Counted from the stretch's first letter, positions 11,772 to 22,430 are shown. The stretch is 64,000 nucleotides of DNA from Thermodesulfobacteriota bacterium (GCA_965203965.1 CBDBDR010000017.1:960001-1024000); one strand, 5' to 3'. Numbers and translations are program-made. Notes: generated by a model not told the origin, from the sequence alone.

Positions 11772-12018
11772 ACAACAAAGTGGGAAATTGTTGAAGCTAC
11801 TCCAATTTTCCTCCAACTGTTGCAACAAATAATTTCATTCTTTCACCAGATCAATTTCAAATAAGGACACAAAGGTTCATTTTGTGAACAGTTTTAGGAA
11901 TAGCGATGTAATGATGTAATTACAGCAAAAAATAAAAAGAATGCAGAATTATTACCTATAATGAAAAGCACAATACCAAAATAATTGAGGCACTTTAGAT
12001 TAGACCAATAAATACTAC

Positions 12019-13458
12019 CTACTGGTAACTTTTTACCTTCTGTGAATGTGGACTGAACAACACCATCCCAACAGCTACCAAAGTATTCACGATAAGCAAT
12101 ATAATATCAGTGCGTAAACCTAAAAACTCCATCATTTTCGGCACCAAACCGAAAAGACACGCCAGAAATATGACAAGACTAGCGCCGGTAACTAAAGGGA
12201 TTACCGAATTGAATTTTCTCTGTTTGCATAAAATGGAAGTGAGAACCATAGGTGCCATAAGAGCGGTTCCCATAAATCCAGAAACTGCTAACTGTATCAA
12301 GCCCTGAGAACTTTTTATAGCAACAATAAAAGCAGCAATGCAAAACACCAGTATTACCAACTTCACAAACACAATGGAAGATATATTTAGTCTTCTGCTA
12401 AATTTGCCAAAAGCATTGTTGATCTCCGACCCGAGAGCAAAAAACTGAGAGTCGGAAGTTGACATGGCAGCTGCTAGGATACCTATCAGCGCAATGGCAC
12501 CTACAATGGCATTTTGTTCAAGGATTAGCTTACCAATAAACTCTGGACCAGTTTTAGCAGGGATAGCAACCGCACCGTAAAGACCAATTATAAGCCCCGC
12601 TATAAGAAGCAGAAAAGTAAAAGAAGCGTGTAAAACCGGAACTTTACGTCTTTCGTTCAATCCCTTGAGTATACTGAGTCTCGCAGTTAGTTGAGGCTGC
12701 GATACAGGAAGTAGAACAATGGATATAAATCCTACAATAAGCCACTGGACAGACAAAACTCCCTTTGGACCAGGAGCAGATAACAAAGCAGGTTCGGTTT
12801 GTGCTACTGATTGAACTAACTTTCCAATCCCACCAAAGTTCACCAGAACAATCCCTGCCATTATCCAGATAACAGTAAAAAGCATGATCCCCTGAAGTGA
12901 ATCACAATACATAATACCTCTGAGTCCACCTATTGATGAATATAGATACATAAGTAGCAATATGATTACTGCCCAGACCCACTGGGGGATGGTATATGGA
13001 ACGACATTTTCAAGAAGTCCGGAGGCTCCCTTTATCTGTATGGCTATGTAGGGAACGAGAAAAATTACAAGCCCTAAGACGTATACCCAAATTCCGTAAG
13101 AACCAAATGTTCCTCTGAGCAAATCTGATATGCTGCGAAACTCTGTCGCAGCGATTCTCTGTCTTAATTTAAGGGAGAGCCAGAGAGTAAATACTGCCAA
13201 AACCATGTCAGTTACACCCAGAAATATCCACGTTGCCACACCGTGCACACGGAAGAAGTTAGGCATTCCTATCAGGATAAACGTGCTGTATAGAGTAGCA
13301 AAAAACGTCAGGAATCCGATTATAGTTCCAAGATTACCACCTGCAAGAAAGAACTGATGCTCGTCTCCTTTGTTTTTCTTGTTCCCTATAACGGCCAGAC
13401 TTATCAAGACAATAAGATAGATAAGAGCAACTACAATAAATGTTATTCCCTTGTTCAT
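12019..13458 (-). CDS. Sodium:solute symporter family protein (PanF/MctP-like)
   Basis: FFLAGG, GGLRGIMYCDSLQG, AAAMSTSDSQ; about 13 TM segments. Confidence 0.85.
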   Translation of the reverse strand: MNKGITFIVVALIYLIVLISLAVIGNKKNKGDEHQFFLAGGNLGTIIGFLTFFATLYSTFILIGMPNFFRVHGVATWIFLGVTDMVLAVFTLWLSLKLRQRIAATEFRSISDLLRGTFGSYGIWVYVLGLVIFLVPYIAIQIKGASGLLENVVPYTIPQWVWAVIILLLMYLYSSIGGLRGIMYCDSLQGIMLFTVIWIMAGIVLVNFGGIGKLVQSVAQTEPALLSAPGPKGVLSVQWLIVGFISIVLLPVSQPQLTARLSILKGLNERRKVPVLHASFTFLLLIAGLIIGLYGAVAIPAKTGPEFIGKLILEQNAIVGAIALIGILAAAMSTSDSQFFALGSEINNAFGKFSRRLNISSIVFVKLVILVFCIAAFIVAIKSSQGLIQLAVSGFMGTALMAPMVLTSILCKQRKFNSVIPLVTGASLVIFLACLFGLVPKMMEFLGLRTDIILLIVNTLVAVGMVLFSPHSQKVKSYQ

Positions 13459-13513
13459 GTTTATTTTTTCATCTTGTAAAATACTTCTGTCTCGGATACA
13501 AGATTGTTATAAG

Positions 13514-13735
13514 CTATTCTTCACCGCCTGATGTCAATGCTGCCAAAACAAGAAAAATATATATGGAAATTGATATTGACAGACCAGCCCAGAGAGTTCT
13601 GGGAAGTCCTAGAAAATACGGCTCAACTACTCCGTAGGGGATGACCAGAGGAGTAAAGGATATTGCTGCCAGAATAAATACGGCAATTGCGTAAAACGAC
13701 CAGTAATAATTTTTACCTTTCATATTGAACTGCAA
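13514..13735 (-). CDS. Small 2-TM partner of the SSS transporter (YhdT/DUF997-like)
   Basis: Two hydrophobic helices with EPYFLGLP between them; directly upstream of the symporter. Confidence 0.65.
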   Translation of the reverse strand: MQFNMKGKNYYWSFYAIAVFILAAISFTPLVIPYGVVEPYFLGLPRTLWAGLSISISIYIFLVLAALTSGGEE

Positions 13736-13771
13736 CCATCTCTATGATATTTGGCTTTTCATTGATAAATC

Positions 13772-13800
13772 ACTCTACTAAATATACAGAAAAGTGTCAA
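13772..13800 (-). promoter_or_regulatory. Sigma70-type promoter for the small protein/SSS operon
   Basis: TTGACA-N17-TAGAGT on the minus strand. Confidence 0.55.
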
Positions 13801-13842
13801 ATAGATTGAAATCCAGGTTACACTGAAGTGTTTTTCTTATTA

Positions 13843-13871
13843 TTGACTTGAAAAACCATTATCGTTAAATT
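13843..13871 (+). promoter_or_regulatory. Sigma70-type promoter for miaB
   Basis: TTGACT-N17-TAAATT, ending 11 nt before the ATG. Confidence 0.5.
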
Positions 13872-13882
13872 AAACCCCATCA

Positions 13883-15190
13883 ATGAGAAAGAAATATTTA
13901 TACATGGAAAGTTACGGATGCCAGATGAATGAATATGATTCTAATCGTATTCATAATGCACTTGATGTAGAACTTACTGCCGACCCTGCTAATGCCGACT
14001 GCATAATTATAAATACCTGTGCAATAAGAGAAAAAGCAGACCAAAAAGCGCTGAGTAGCATCGGCAAGTTTAAACACCTTAAAGCAAAAAAACCGGAAAT
14101 CATAATCGGTATCACAGGTTGCGTTGCACAGCTATACGGAAACAAACTTTTAAAGCAGATTCCCCATTTGGATTTTGTTCTGGGACCAAGAGCAATACCA
14201 AAACTGCCCGAGATCATATCCGACATTGAAATAAAAAAATCAAGACCCGTTGAAACATCTTTTGATATAGAAGAGGTTTTTGAGATCGCTCCCTATCATG
14301 AGAAAGGAAAAGTAAATGGTTATCTTTCAATTCAGCAAGGTTGTAACAAAAGATGTACCTACTGCATAGTTCCAAAAGTAAGAGGAAGTGAGCTAAACAG
14401 GCCAACTGAAAATATAGTAAGAGAAGCGGTCTATCTTTTATCACAAGGAGTCAAAGAAATAACCTTGATAGGACAGACGGTCAATTCATGGAAAAATGGC
14501 AAATACAAGTTTGGCGACCTTTTGAGAATCATCAGCGAACTTGAAGGACTTGAAAGGCTAAGGTTTACAACTTCCTACCCACGAGATATAACAAAACGCA
14601 TGATTGACGCAATGAAAGAAACAAAAATGATTTGCAGGCACATTCATCTGCCGGTGCAATCAGGTTCAAATAAAGTTTTGAAGTTGATGAACAGAACTTA
14701 TACGAGGGAATGGTTTTTAGATTGTGTTCATAGGTTGAAAGATGCCATGCCCGGCATTGCCATTTCATCCGATATAATTGTGGGTTTTCCCGGGGAGACA
14801 GACTCTGATTTTCAGCAAACTCTAAGCCTGCTTGAAGAAGTGAAATTTGAAAGCTCATTCTCATTCAAATTTTCACCAAGACCCGGTACTCCGGGTGAAA
14901 ATCTCGCTCAAACCAACGCAGTTGGTGACAAAATCTCAAGTGAAAGACTGCAAGAATATCAACAACTCCAAAGAAAATATACGCTGCAGCAAAATCTGGC
15001 ACGTGTTGGTATAGTGGAAGAAGTTTTAGTGGAAGGCGAGAGCAAGCAGAAAGATTCAATGCTCTCTGGCAGAACGACCCACAACAGAATTGTTAATTTT
15101 GAAGGGGATAAAAACATGATTGGTCACTTAGTTTCCGTCAAAGTGCAGGAAGGTTTACCTAATTCACTAAGGGGAATAATAATAAACTGA
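13883..15190 (+). CDS. miaB: tRNA-2-methylthio-N6-dimethylallyladenosine synthase
   Basis: GCQMNEYDS, NTCAIREKA, GCNKRCTYC radical SAM motif, C-terminal TRAM domain. Confidence 0.95.
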   Translation: MRKKYLYMESYGCQMNEYDSNRIHNALDVELTADPANADCIIINTCAIREKADQKALSSIGKFKHLKAKKPEIIIGITGCVAQLYGNKLLKQIPHLDFVLGPRAIPKLPEIISDIEIKKSRPVETSFDIEEVFEIAPYHEKGKVNGYLSIQQGCNKRCTYCIVPKVRGSELNRPTENIVREAVYLLSQGVKEITLIGQTVNSWKNGKYKFGDLLRIISELEGLERLRFTTSYPRDITKRMIDAMKETKMICRHIHLPVQSGSNKVLKLMNRTYTREWFLDCVHRLKDAMPGIAISSDIIVGFPGETDSDFQQTLSLLEEVKFESSFSFKFSPRPGTPGENLAQTNAVGDKISSERLQEYQQLQRKYTLQQNLARVGIVEEVLVEGESKQKDSMLSGRTTHNRIVNFEGDKNMIGHLVSVKVQEGLPNSLRGIIIN

Positions 15191-15204
15191 AAAAATCAAA
15201 GACC

Positions 15205-15681
15205 ATGTTACAAAAAATGAAAGTTTCGGGAGTAGCAATTGATCCGTTCACAAACAGCCCGATAGTAATATTAAAAAGTGAGGACGGGCTTAAAATTCTT
15301 CCGATATGGGTTGGTTATCTGGAAGCAAGTTCTATTTTAATGGAGCTTGAAAAAACCCCTCGCCCTCGTCCGATAACCCATGACTTAATGAAGAATATAT
15401 TTGAAGAGTTGAATTTTAAGCTTTCCAGGATTGAAATCACTGGCATAAAAGATAATACATTTTATGCAAGCATATACTTACAAAATAACGAGAAAGAACA
15501 CGTGCTTGATGCAAGGCCAAGTGACGCAATAGCTATTGCCATAAGAACCGTTGCTCCGATATACGTAAGCAAAGAAGTTATTAAAAGCACCCAGAAGATT
15601 GAGATTGAGGATAACAAGGAAAAACTGAAAGATATCCTATCTCAAATGTCCGATGAAGATTTTGGTAAATATAAAATGTAA
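15205..15681 (+). CDS. Bifunctional nuclease family protein (DUF151)
   Basis: LPIWVG..EA, RPITHDL, DARPSDAIAIA. Confidence 0.9.
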   Translation: MLQKMKVSGVAIDPFTNSPIVILKSEDGLKILPIWVGYLEASSILMELEKTPRPRPITHDLMKNIFEELNFKLSRIEITGIKDNTFYASIYLQNNEKEHVLDARPSDAIAIAIRTVAPIYVSKEVIKSTQKIEIEDNKEKLKDILSQMSDEDFGKYKM

Positions 15682-15685
15682 TAAA

Positions 15686-15901
15686 CTAATGGTAGGCATG
15701 GCTTTTTAGAACCTTCTTATCCGTTATCACTTTAAGCACTTCGCCGCATTTATCGCACTGAAAATTGAGTTTACTTGGGGTATGACTGATGCCAATACTG
15801 ACAATTAACAACCCCCAGAAGGAATATATTGACTTGGGAACCACCCAAGGGTCTCCCAATTTATATCCGCATCTACATAATTCCTTCATTCCGGCACTCA
15901 T
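15686..15901 (-). CDS. Small zinc-ribbon membrane protein
   Basis: CRCG, a hydrophobic segment (FWGLLIVSIGI), then CDKCG. Confidence 0.55.
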   Translation of the reverse strand: MSAGMKELCRCGYKLGDPWVVPKSIYSFWGLLIVSIGISHTPSKLNFQCDKCGEVLKVITDKKVLKSHAYH

Positions 15902-16391
15902 GAATTTAGTTTCCAGGGAACTATATACTTAATTACCCAAACAGTTCTAACTACCTTGTGTTCATTGGACAATCATTTGGTATCAAAGGTTCTCTTTGTT
16001 TAACAAATATAGTATCTACTTCTTCTTCCATAGTTGCTCTAATTGGCAGTGTGATACTTTGTTTTCTACCCATGGCTTAGCATTATACCCACCTGCTTTC
16101 TACTAACATATTGTACCTGTTAGAAGCTAAAAATACACTTGACGTTCCCTTAAATAGTGTAGCATTTTCATCATTCGGTTAGCCAGATGAGAACCGCGAA
16201 GTGTCAGTCTCCGTGAATATAAAACCCGACACTGCCTTACACAAATCATGCAATGGTGGAAAATAAACGGAACGCTAAACACTTGTCTGGCAATTAAACA
16301 AGACCCGGCACCTGTATATTAGGTTCTGGAAAATACAATTACCATACAATAAGCTATGAAACTTATTTTACCTAACAGCCAAAGTTATTTA

Positions 16392-17192
16392 TTAAAACAA
16401 GTCGTTCAACTTGTGCACCTCTTGTTCGGTCAAATCCCATCCAGAGGCACGGCAGTTTTCTTCAGTTCTTTCAACGGAGTCGGATTTTGGAATTACCACC
16501 ACGTTTTTGTGTCTCAGACACCAGTTCAGTGAGACCTGCCCCACAGTTCTGTTATTGTCTTTGGCAATTTCAGTCAAGGTATTATATTTCCCCGAACCGG
16601 TCAATCCAGCCTTCTTGCAAAGTTTACCCCCATCAAGGGGCGTGTAGGCAATAATTGTAATATCGTTTCTGAGACAGTAGGGAAGAAGCTCTTGCTCAAC
16701 TTCCCTTGAGTTTAAATTATATAAAACCTGATTGGATTGAATTTTATAATTTGGGGAAAAATGTTGAGCTTCCACCATTTCATTGAGTGAGAAATTACTA
16801 ACTCCTATGTAGTTAACCGATCCCTCATCAACTAATCTCTGCATTGCTCTCATAGTGTCTTTTATCGGAAAAGATGGGTTGGGCCAATGCACCTGATAAA
16901 GATCAATCCAGTCCGTTTGCAACTTTACAAGACTTTGCTCACATGAACTTAGAACACCATCATAACCGAGATGCCTTCCTGATACTTTGGTTGCAACTAC
17001 TATTTTGTTTCTGATATTCTTTATTGCTTCGCCAACCACATCTTCAGTGTAATATCCTTCAGCCGTGTCGATGAAGTTCACACCCAACTCTATACCTTTA
17101 GTTAAAGGTGCCACCCTGCCCTTGTAATTCCAGGTTCCAAGACCAATCTCGGAGATTTTTAGATCGGTATCCCCCAGTTTTTTATAATTCAC
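16392..17192 (-). CDS. Aldo/keto reductase
   Basis: IGLGTW, IDTAEGY, IDLYQVHWP, IGVSNF, AYTPL, IPKS. Confidence 0.92.
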   Translation of the reverse strand: MNYKKLGDTDLKISEIGLGTWNYKGRVAPLTKGIELGVNFIDTAEGYYTEDVVGEAIKNIRNKIVVATKVSGRHLGYDGVLSSCEQSLVKLQTDWIDLYQVHWPNPSFPIKDTMRAMQRLVDEGSVNYIGVSNFSLNEMVEAQHFSPNYKIQSNQVLYNLNSREVEQELLPYCLRNDITIIAYTPLDGGKLCKKAGLTGSGKYNTLTEIAKDNNRTVGQVSLNWCLRHKNVVVIPKSDSVERTEENCRASGWDLTEQEVHKLNDLF

Positions 17193-17316
17193 AAAACTAT
17201 TTTACAGTTTCGTATATGCTATTTCTATGAGTTCCATATAGAAAGCTGATTCCAAATGTTACTTACATATTTAAATTCATGTAGAATTACACTAAATTTT
17301 TATATTGATCTTTGCA

Positions 17317-17390
17317 GGGGATGTAGCTCAGTATGGGAGAGCGCTGCGTTCGCAACGCAGAGGTCGGGGGTTCGATTCCCCTCATCTCCA
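17317..17390 (+). tRNA. tRNA-Ala (anticodon CGC); CCA not encoded
   Basis: Cloverleaf with GGGGATG/CATCTCC acceptor stem and G3:U70, anticodon arm CTGCG-TTCGCAA-CGCAG, T-loop TTCGATT; followed by CTA. Confidence 0.95.
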
Positions 17391-17574
17391 CTACAACAGG
17401 GTTCGTTAGTGTTTGTCCTGATGGCGAGTAAAGAGAATAAGAAAGGTAGTGAGTACAGACTTTTCAAAAAGTACGTCTGTCCCATTTGTTCTGTTCGTTT
17501 GAAAAAATGCATTCAGATTTCCCTTTGATTCAGGTTGATATTCTTATACTTAAGTTGGGGTATAATATTGAGAC

Positions 17575-18411
17575 ATGCCCACAAAGTCCCAGAACAAGAG
17601 TCCGAAGATAAAAGTAAGAAACAAAAAAGCACCTCACTACTCTAACCACAACAATATTTATATCTACAAAAGTGATATTTTGGATATATCACATATTCCA
17701 GAATCATCAGTTGATTTAATTATAACCTCACCACCTTACAATGTGGATATTAAATATAACTCACACAAAGACAGCTCAACATACGAGGATTATTTAGATT
17801 TCACGGGAAAATGGTTAAAAAAATGCCACACATTAGCGAAAGACGATGGACGGTTTTGTCTGAATATTCCGCTAGATAAAAATAAAGGGGGCCAGCAGTC
17901 AGTTTGCGCCGACATCACCAACATTGCTAAACAACTTGGTTGGAAATATCACTCAACAATAATTTGGAATGAAGGAAACATCTCGCGCAGAACGGCATGG
18001 GGTTCTTGGCTGTCCGCCTCCGCTCCGTATGTTATAGCCCCGGTGGAAGTCATCGTCGTGTTGTATAAGAACGAGTGGAAAAAGAGCAATACAAAAAAAG
18101 AAAACGACATCACCAAGCAAGAATTTATGGATTGGACGAATGGTGTTTGGACTTTCCCCGGGCAGAGCAAAAAGGGGGCTGGTGGACACCCGGCTGCTTT
18201 CCCACTTGAACTACCACGCCGGTGTATCAAGTTATTCAGTTTTGTCGGCGATACAGTACTTGACCCATTTTTAGGAAGCGGCTCAACGCTCGTTGCGGCT
18301 CAACTCCACAACAGAAAAGGTGTCGGTGTTGATATTGATAAGGGATATTGTGACATAGCAATCAAGAGATTGTGTGAAGAAGCGAAAATTAATGAGAGCG
18401 TTTTGTTTTAA
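17575..18411 (+). CDS. Beta-class N4-C/N6-A DNA methyltransferase
   Basis: TSPPY motif IV precedes HPAAFP and DPFLGSG motif I. Confidence 0.92.
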   Translation: MPTKSQNKSPKIKVRNKKAPHYSNHNNIYIYKSDILDISHIPESSVDLIITSPPYNVDIKYNSHKDSSTYEDYLDFTGKWLKKCHTLAKDDGRFCLNIPLDKNKGGQQSVCADITNIAKQLGWKYHSTIIWNEGNISRRTAWGSWLSASAPYVIAPVEVIVVLYKNEWKKSNTKKENDITKQEFMDWTNGVWTFPGQSKKGAGGHPAAFPLELPRRCIKLFSFVGDTVLDPFLGSGSTLVAAQLHNRKGVGVDIDKGYCDIAIKRLCEEAKINESVLF

Positions 18412-18414
18412 ACC

Positions 18415-19023
18415 GTGAAACAGGATAAACCAAAAAGAAAAGTGTCACAAAAAGACTTGATATTGGCATTCTTTAAAAAGCACCCGAACAAAGATATCCC
18501 TCATCCAAAAGTTGTGGATTGGGCAATGAGTGAATGGCGGAAGCAAACCAGCAGAGTTTTGAGAGATCCAGACAGAGCAATACGACTTTTACATGCGGAA
18601 GGATACTTGGTAAAAGTTAAAAAAAGTGTGTACCGATATGACCCAAAGATAGTAACCAAGAAAGAACAGTGGAATTTTACCGCATCACAAAAGGCAGAGA
18701 TATTAAAAAGAGACGCTTATAAATGTGTCATATGTGGAAAGGGAAGAAAGGAAGGTGTGGAGTTGCATATTGATCACATAAAACCAAAACACCTTGGAGG
18801 CAGGGCAACAGTGGGTAATGGGCAAACTTTATGCGCACAGCATAACTTCATAAAGAAGAACCTTGAACAAACTGAAACAGGAAAGAAAATGTTTATCAGA
18901 TTACATGAACTCGCGAAAAAAGAGAAAAATAAAGATTTACAAAAATTTTGCACTGATATACTGAAAACATACAAAAAGCACGACATCAACGGACATATTG
19001 AGTGGAAAAATGAAAACAAATAG
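18415..19023 (+). CDS. HNH endonuclease, probable restriction partner of the MTase
   Basis: CVICG...HIDHIKP..GG....NGQTLC..HN; 3 nt after the MTase stop. Confidence 0.8.
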   Translation: MKQDKPKRKVSQKDLILAFFKKHPNKDIPHPKVVDWAMSEWRKQTSRVLRDPDRAIRLLHAEGYLVKVKKSVYRYDPKIVTKKEQWNFTASQKAEILKRDAYKCVICGKGRKEGVELHIDHIKPKHLGGRATVGNGQTLCAQHNFIKKNLEQTETGKKMFIRLHELAKKEKNKDLQKFCTDILKTYKKHDINGHIEWKNENK

Positions 19024-19208
19024 GCAATATGTGATACTTTGATTGGGATCACAAAAGAGCCATAGTAAAGCACATCAAGCGCAATACCGAAAGCACCACA
19101 AAACTCTTTAAACTATTTATTTGCCTTGATAAATCACTCTCATAATTGTTATAATATTTACTACCGAATATAATTATTGATCTCAATTGATTGAATCAGG
19201 AGGCACAA

Positions 19209-19535
19209 ATGTTATTAGTTACTAAAAAAGCGGTTGCTGAGATAAAAAAACTTCTGAGTGAAGATAATTTAGAAGATACTTTTCTCAGAGTGAGAATAGT
19301 GCCTGGAGGCTGCTCGGGATTCTCCTATGAAATGGGGTTTGACGATGAGACCAATGAAAATGACAAGATCATTGAGGCAGATGATGGAGTAAAAGTTACC
19401 ATTGATGAATTAAGCTACCCCTATTTGGATGGTTCAACTCTGGATTTTAAAGATGGATTAAAAGGAAAAGGATTTTCAATTGAAAATCCTAACGCAACCG
19501 GTTCATGCGGCTGTGGCGAATCTTTCACGGTTTAA
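19209..19535 (+). CDS. Fe-S cluster A-type carrier (IscA/ErpA/HesB)
   Basis: GGCSGFSY and NPNATGSCGCGESF; AGGAGG SD before ATG 19209. Confidence 0.92.
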   Translation: MLLVTKKAVAEIKKLLSEDNLEDTFLRVRIVPGGCSGFSYEMGFDDETNENDKIIEADDGVKVTIDELSYPYLDGSTLDFKDGLKGKGFSIENPNATGSCGCGESFTV

Positions 19536-19616
19536 AATATGAAACGGTTGGAATAATCGTAAAAACAAAAGCCAAGTCAAATTTCAGTTCGCAATTTACA
19601 GTTAGATTACTGCCTC

Positions 19617-20030
19617 TTAAATTCTCCAACTTAATGTTTTTATAGGAGAGATAACTATCAATGCACTTATGCTTAATCTCATTTCTTTATACTGAGAATA
19701 TTTTGCGAAGAGCAGATCAATCCCCCTTTTGTATTTAAACCCTTCAGTTATCAGCTTTGCCCTTCCCCCTATCTGAACCCATACCAGATCATCCCACTGC
19801 TCCGAATAATCATCAATTATAATACAAACTGAATCACGTTGTCTAATGTTTACAACCCTCTGAAGCTTGATCCCTTCAACTTTTTTGGGTTTGCTGTCAA
19901 TAGGAGTGTAGATTGTTTCTCCATCAAAAGCATAAACAATTGGCACTACATGCGGATCACCATTTTCATCAACAGTTGCTAGACGCGCCACCCTGTGATT
20001 GTCAATAAAAGCCTTCTCCTTGCCATTCAT
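19617..20030 (-). CDS. PPOX-class, probable F420-dependent oxidoreductase (Rv0121-like)
   Basis: RVARLATV..PHVVPI, IDSKPK, DDYSEQWDDLVWV, KYSQY. Confidence 0.8.
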   Translation of the reverse strand: MNGKEKAFIDNHRVARLATVDENGDPHVVPIVYAFDGETIYTPIDSKPKKVEGIKLQRVVNIRQRDSVCIIIDDYSEQWDDLVWVQIGGRAKLITEGFKYKRGIDLLFAKYSQYKEMRLSISALIVISPIKTLSWRI

Positions 20031-20087
20031 CAGTCTTACTAATAATAACAGACATCTCTTTGCTGAACGATCTATAAGAGAAGCTAC

Positions 20088-20603
20088 TTATCTGGTATAG
20101 TTTTTATAACCCTCTTTTTGTAACTTTTCAGCTTTTTCAACAACACCGCCAAACAGAGTTGCTTTGAAATCCACTATCTTTTTTCTTAACTCCAAATTAA
20201 AAGAAGAGAGCATCTGGGCAGCTAATATTCCCGCGTTCCTTCCGCCGTTGAGTGAAACGGTTGCCACCGGAACACCTGCTGGCATTTGCAAGATAGAAAG
20301 TACTGAATCCCAACCATCAAGTGAATTTGAAGACTTGATTGGAACCCCAATTACAGGAACCGGTGTAATGGATGCAATCATACCGGGCAAATGTGCCGCC
20401 CCTCCTGCACCTGCAATTATAACCTTGATACCTTTTCCTTCAGTATTTTTGGCAAATTCAAAAAGTCTATCAGGAGTGCGATGCGCAGAAACTATTGTAA
20501 CTTCGTTATTCACACCCAACTCATCAAGAAATTCAGCTGCTTCTCTCATTATTACCAGATCTGAATCAGACCCCATTACAATACTCACACATGCTTTGTT
20601 CAT
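20088..20603 (-). CDS. purE: N5-CAIR mutase
   Basis: MGSDSD, SAHRTP, AGAGGAAHLPG, QMPAGVPVATV. Confidence 0.97.
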   Translation of the reverse strand: MNKACVSIVMGSDSDLVIMREAAEFLDELGVNNEVTIVSAHRTPDRLFEFAKNTEGKGIKVIIAGAGGAAHLPGMIASITPVPVIGVPIKSSNSLDGWDSVLSILQMPAGVPVATVSLNGGRNAGILAAQMLSSFNLELRKKIVDFKATLFGGVVEKAEKLQKEGYKNYTR

Positions 20604-21784
20604 GCCACCACCTTTAATTTTTGTTTAATGTAGGTTGCCTTCTCAATCGCACTTTGAATACTTTCATCCAGTATAGTTATGTGTCCCATTTTTCTGAACG
20701 GTTTTGTTATCTTTTTCCCGTAAAGATGAATACTGACTCCCTCAACTTTGAAACAGTCTTCCAGCCCCTTATATATCGCCGATCCTTCACATCCCTGAGA
20801 TCCAAGTATATTCAACATTACTGAAGGAGTTTTTAATTCAGTGCTGCCAAGGGGCAGATCTAAAAGAGAACGTAGATGTTGCTCATACTGTGAAGTGACA
20901 CAAGATTCAATGGTATGGTGACCGCTGTTGTGTGGTCTGGGTGCAACTTCATTGATCAAAATCTCGTTATCACGAGTTAAAAACATCTCAACTGCAAGTA
21001 TTCCATACAAATCAAATGATTGAACAGTTTTTTTTGCCAGATTCTCAGCTTTCTTAGAAAGGTCATTGTCTATATCTGCAGGACTTATGAGATAATCAAC
21101 CAAATTTGCATCATGATTAAAAACCATTTCAACGGGTCTGAAACATTTTATCTCACCAAGTTTATTACGAGAAACAATTACGGACAATTCTTTTTCAATA
21201 CAAACTAAATCCTCAATAATACACCTGTGTCCCAGCATATCATTCAACTTGTTTTCAGAATCAACAACGTAAACCCCTCTACCATCATAACCATCCCGGC
21301 ACAGCTTTTGAACAAACGGCAACTTTATCTCGCCATTGTGAATTTTTTCCAACACCTGCTCCTTGCTATCACAGATCACGAAATCAGAAGTGGGAAGATT
21401 ATTCTCACAATAAAAGGTTTTTTGGAGACCTTTATCCTTTATTATAGAGAGAATTTCGGGTGAAGGTCTTACTTCAATCCCCTGTTCTTTCAGAAAATTG
21501 AGAGCATCAACATTAACATGCTCAATCTCAATTGTAGCAACATCCACCTTTTCACACATATCAGCCACATGACTGTATTCCTGAAAACTACCCTTTATAA
21601 ATTCCGTGCAAGTATTAGAAGCAGGACAGTCTCGGGAAGGATCAAGAACTATAGTATTCAAATTCCAGTTACTTGCGGCAAGACATAGCATCTTGCCAAG
21701 TTGTCCCCCGCCAAGTATTCCTAAAGTCAAATCTGATAAACTCTTCCCATTTATCATAACGTGATCCACCAAATCAAAATTCAA
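20600..21784 (-). CDS. purK: N5-CAIR synthase
   Basis: GGGQLGKM, GYDGRG, NEVAPRPHNSGH, RKMGH. Confidence 0.97.
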   Translation of the reverse strand: MNFDLVDHVMINGKSLSDLTLGILGGGQLGKMLCLAASNWNLNTIVLDPSRDCPASNTCTEFIKGSFQEYSHVADMCEKVDVATIEIEHVNVDALNFLKEQGIEVRPSPEILSIIKDKGLQKTFYCENNLPTSDFVICDSKEQVLEKIHNGEIKLPFVQKLCRDGYDGRGVYVVDSENKLNDMLGHRCIIEDLVCIEKELSVIVSRNKLGEIKCFRPVEMVFNHDANLVDYLISPADIDNDLSKKAENLAKKTVQSFDLYGILAVEMFLTRDNEILINEVAPRPHNSGHHTIESCVTSQYEQHLRSLLDLPLGSTELKTPSVMLNILGSQGCEGSAIYKGLEDCFKVEGVSIHLYGKKITKPFRKMGHITILDESIQSAIEKATYIKQKLKVVA

Positions 21785-22430
21785 CCAGATCGTTAATTTC
21801 CAGAGGCTTTTCTATTAAATATTTGGCACCATTACTTATCAATTCATCCTTTCCTCTAAAACCCCATAGAACACCCACGGGCAACATCCCGGCGAAAACC
21901 GCTGTTTTCATATCTATTCCTGAATCACCTAAATAAACGATCTTCTGATTGGAAACCATTAATTTTTCTGAGACAAGAAATGCCCCAGTCGGGTCAGGCT
22001 TTTTAGGAAGACCTTCTTTCTGTCCTACAACTATATCAAATTCCCAGTGGGACAAGATGGAATCCAAAAATTTAATGGCTATTTCGTATGGTTTATTTGT
22101 AAGAATTGACAGTTTCACAGATTTATCGGAGAGCGTATCCAAAAGATCAGCAACACCGTCATACAAAGCAGTATCAACGTCAAAATTCTCGTAATAATCT
22201 TCAAGAAACTCTGCAAGGCATCGCCGAATGGTTTGGTCATCTCTGTTGTTTTCAGGTAGGGCGCGCATCAACATTATTTCAGCTCCATCCCCTATAAATA
22301 ACCTGTATTTAGGTATGTCGTGCGTTGGAAAACCATTTGAGTTAAGCACCCTGTTCACGGCATTTCCAATATCCGCGGCAGAATCAACTAATGTTCCATC
22401 TAAGTCAAAAACAACTGCTTCATACTTCAT
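21774..22430 (-). CDS. HAD hydrolase, phosphoglycolate phosphatase-like
   Basis: FDLDGTLVDS, TNK, KKPDP, GDSGID. Confidence 0.88.
   Translation of the reverse strand: MKYEAVVFDLDGTLVDSAADIGNAVNRVLNSNGFPTHDIPKYRLFIGDGAEIMLMRALPENNRDDQTIRRCLAEFLEDYYENFDVDTALYDGVADLLDTLSDKSVKLSILTNKPYEIAIKFLDSILSHWEFDIVVGQKEGLPKKPDPTGAFLVSEKLMVSNQKIVYLGDSGIDMKTAVFAGMLPVGVLWGFRGKDELISNGAKYLIEKPLEINDLVEF

Noticed and set aside
15950..16390. Gap with a hairpin (AGTGTC/GACACT) and broken reading frames
   Set aside because: A single hairpin and stop-interrupted frames with no recognisable family; cannot tell pseudogene from spacer.
17256..17528. ORFs on both strands over the tRNA
   Set aside because: Shadow ORFs of tRNA-Ala.
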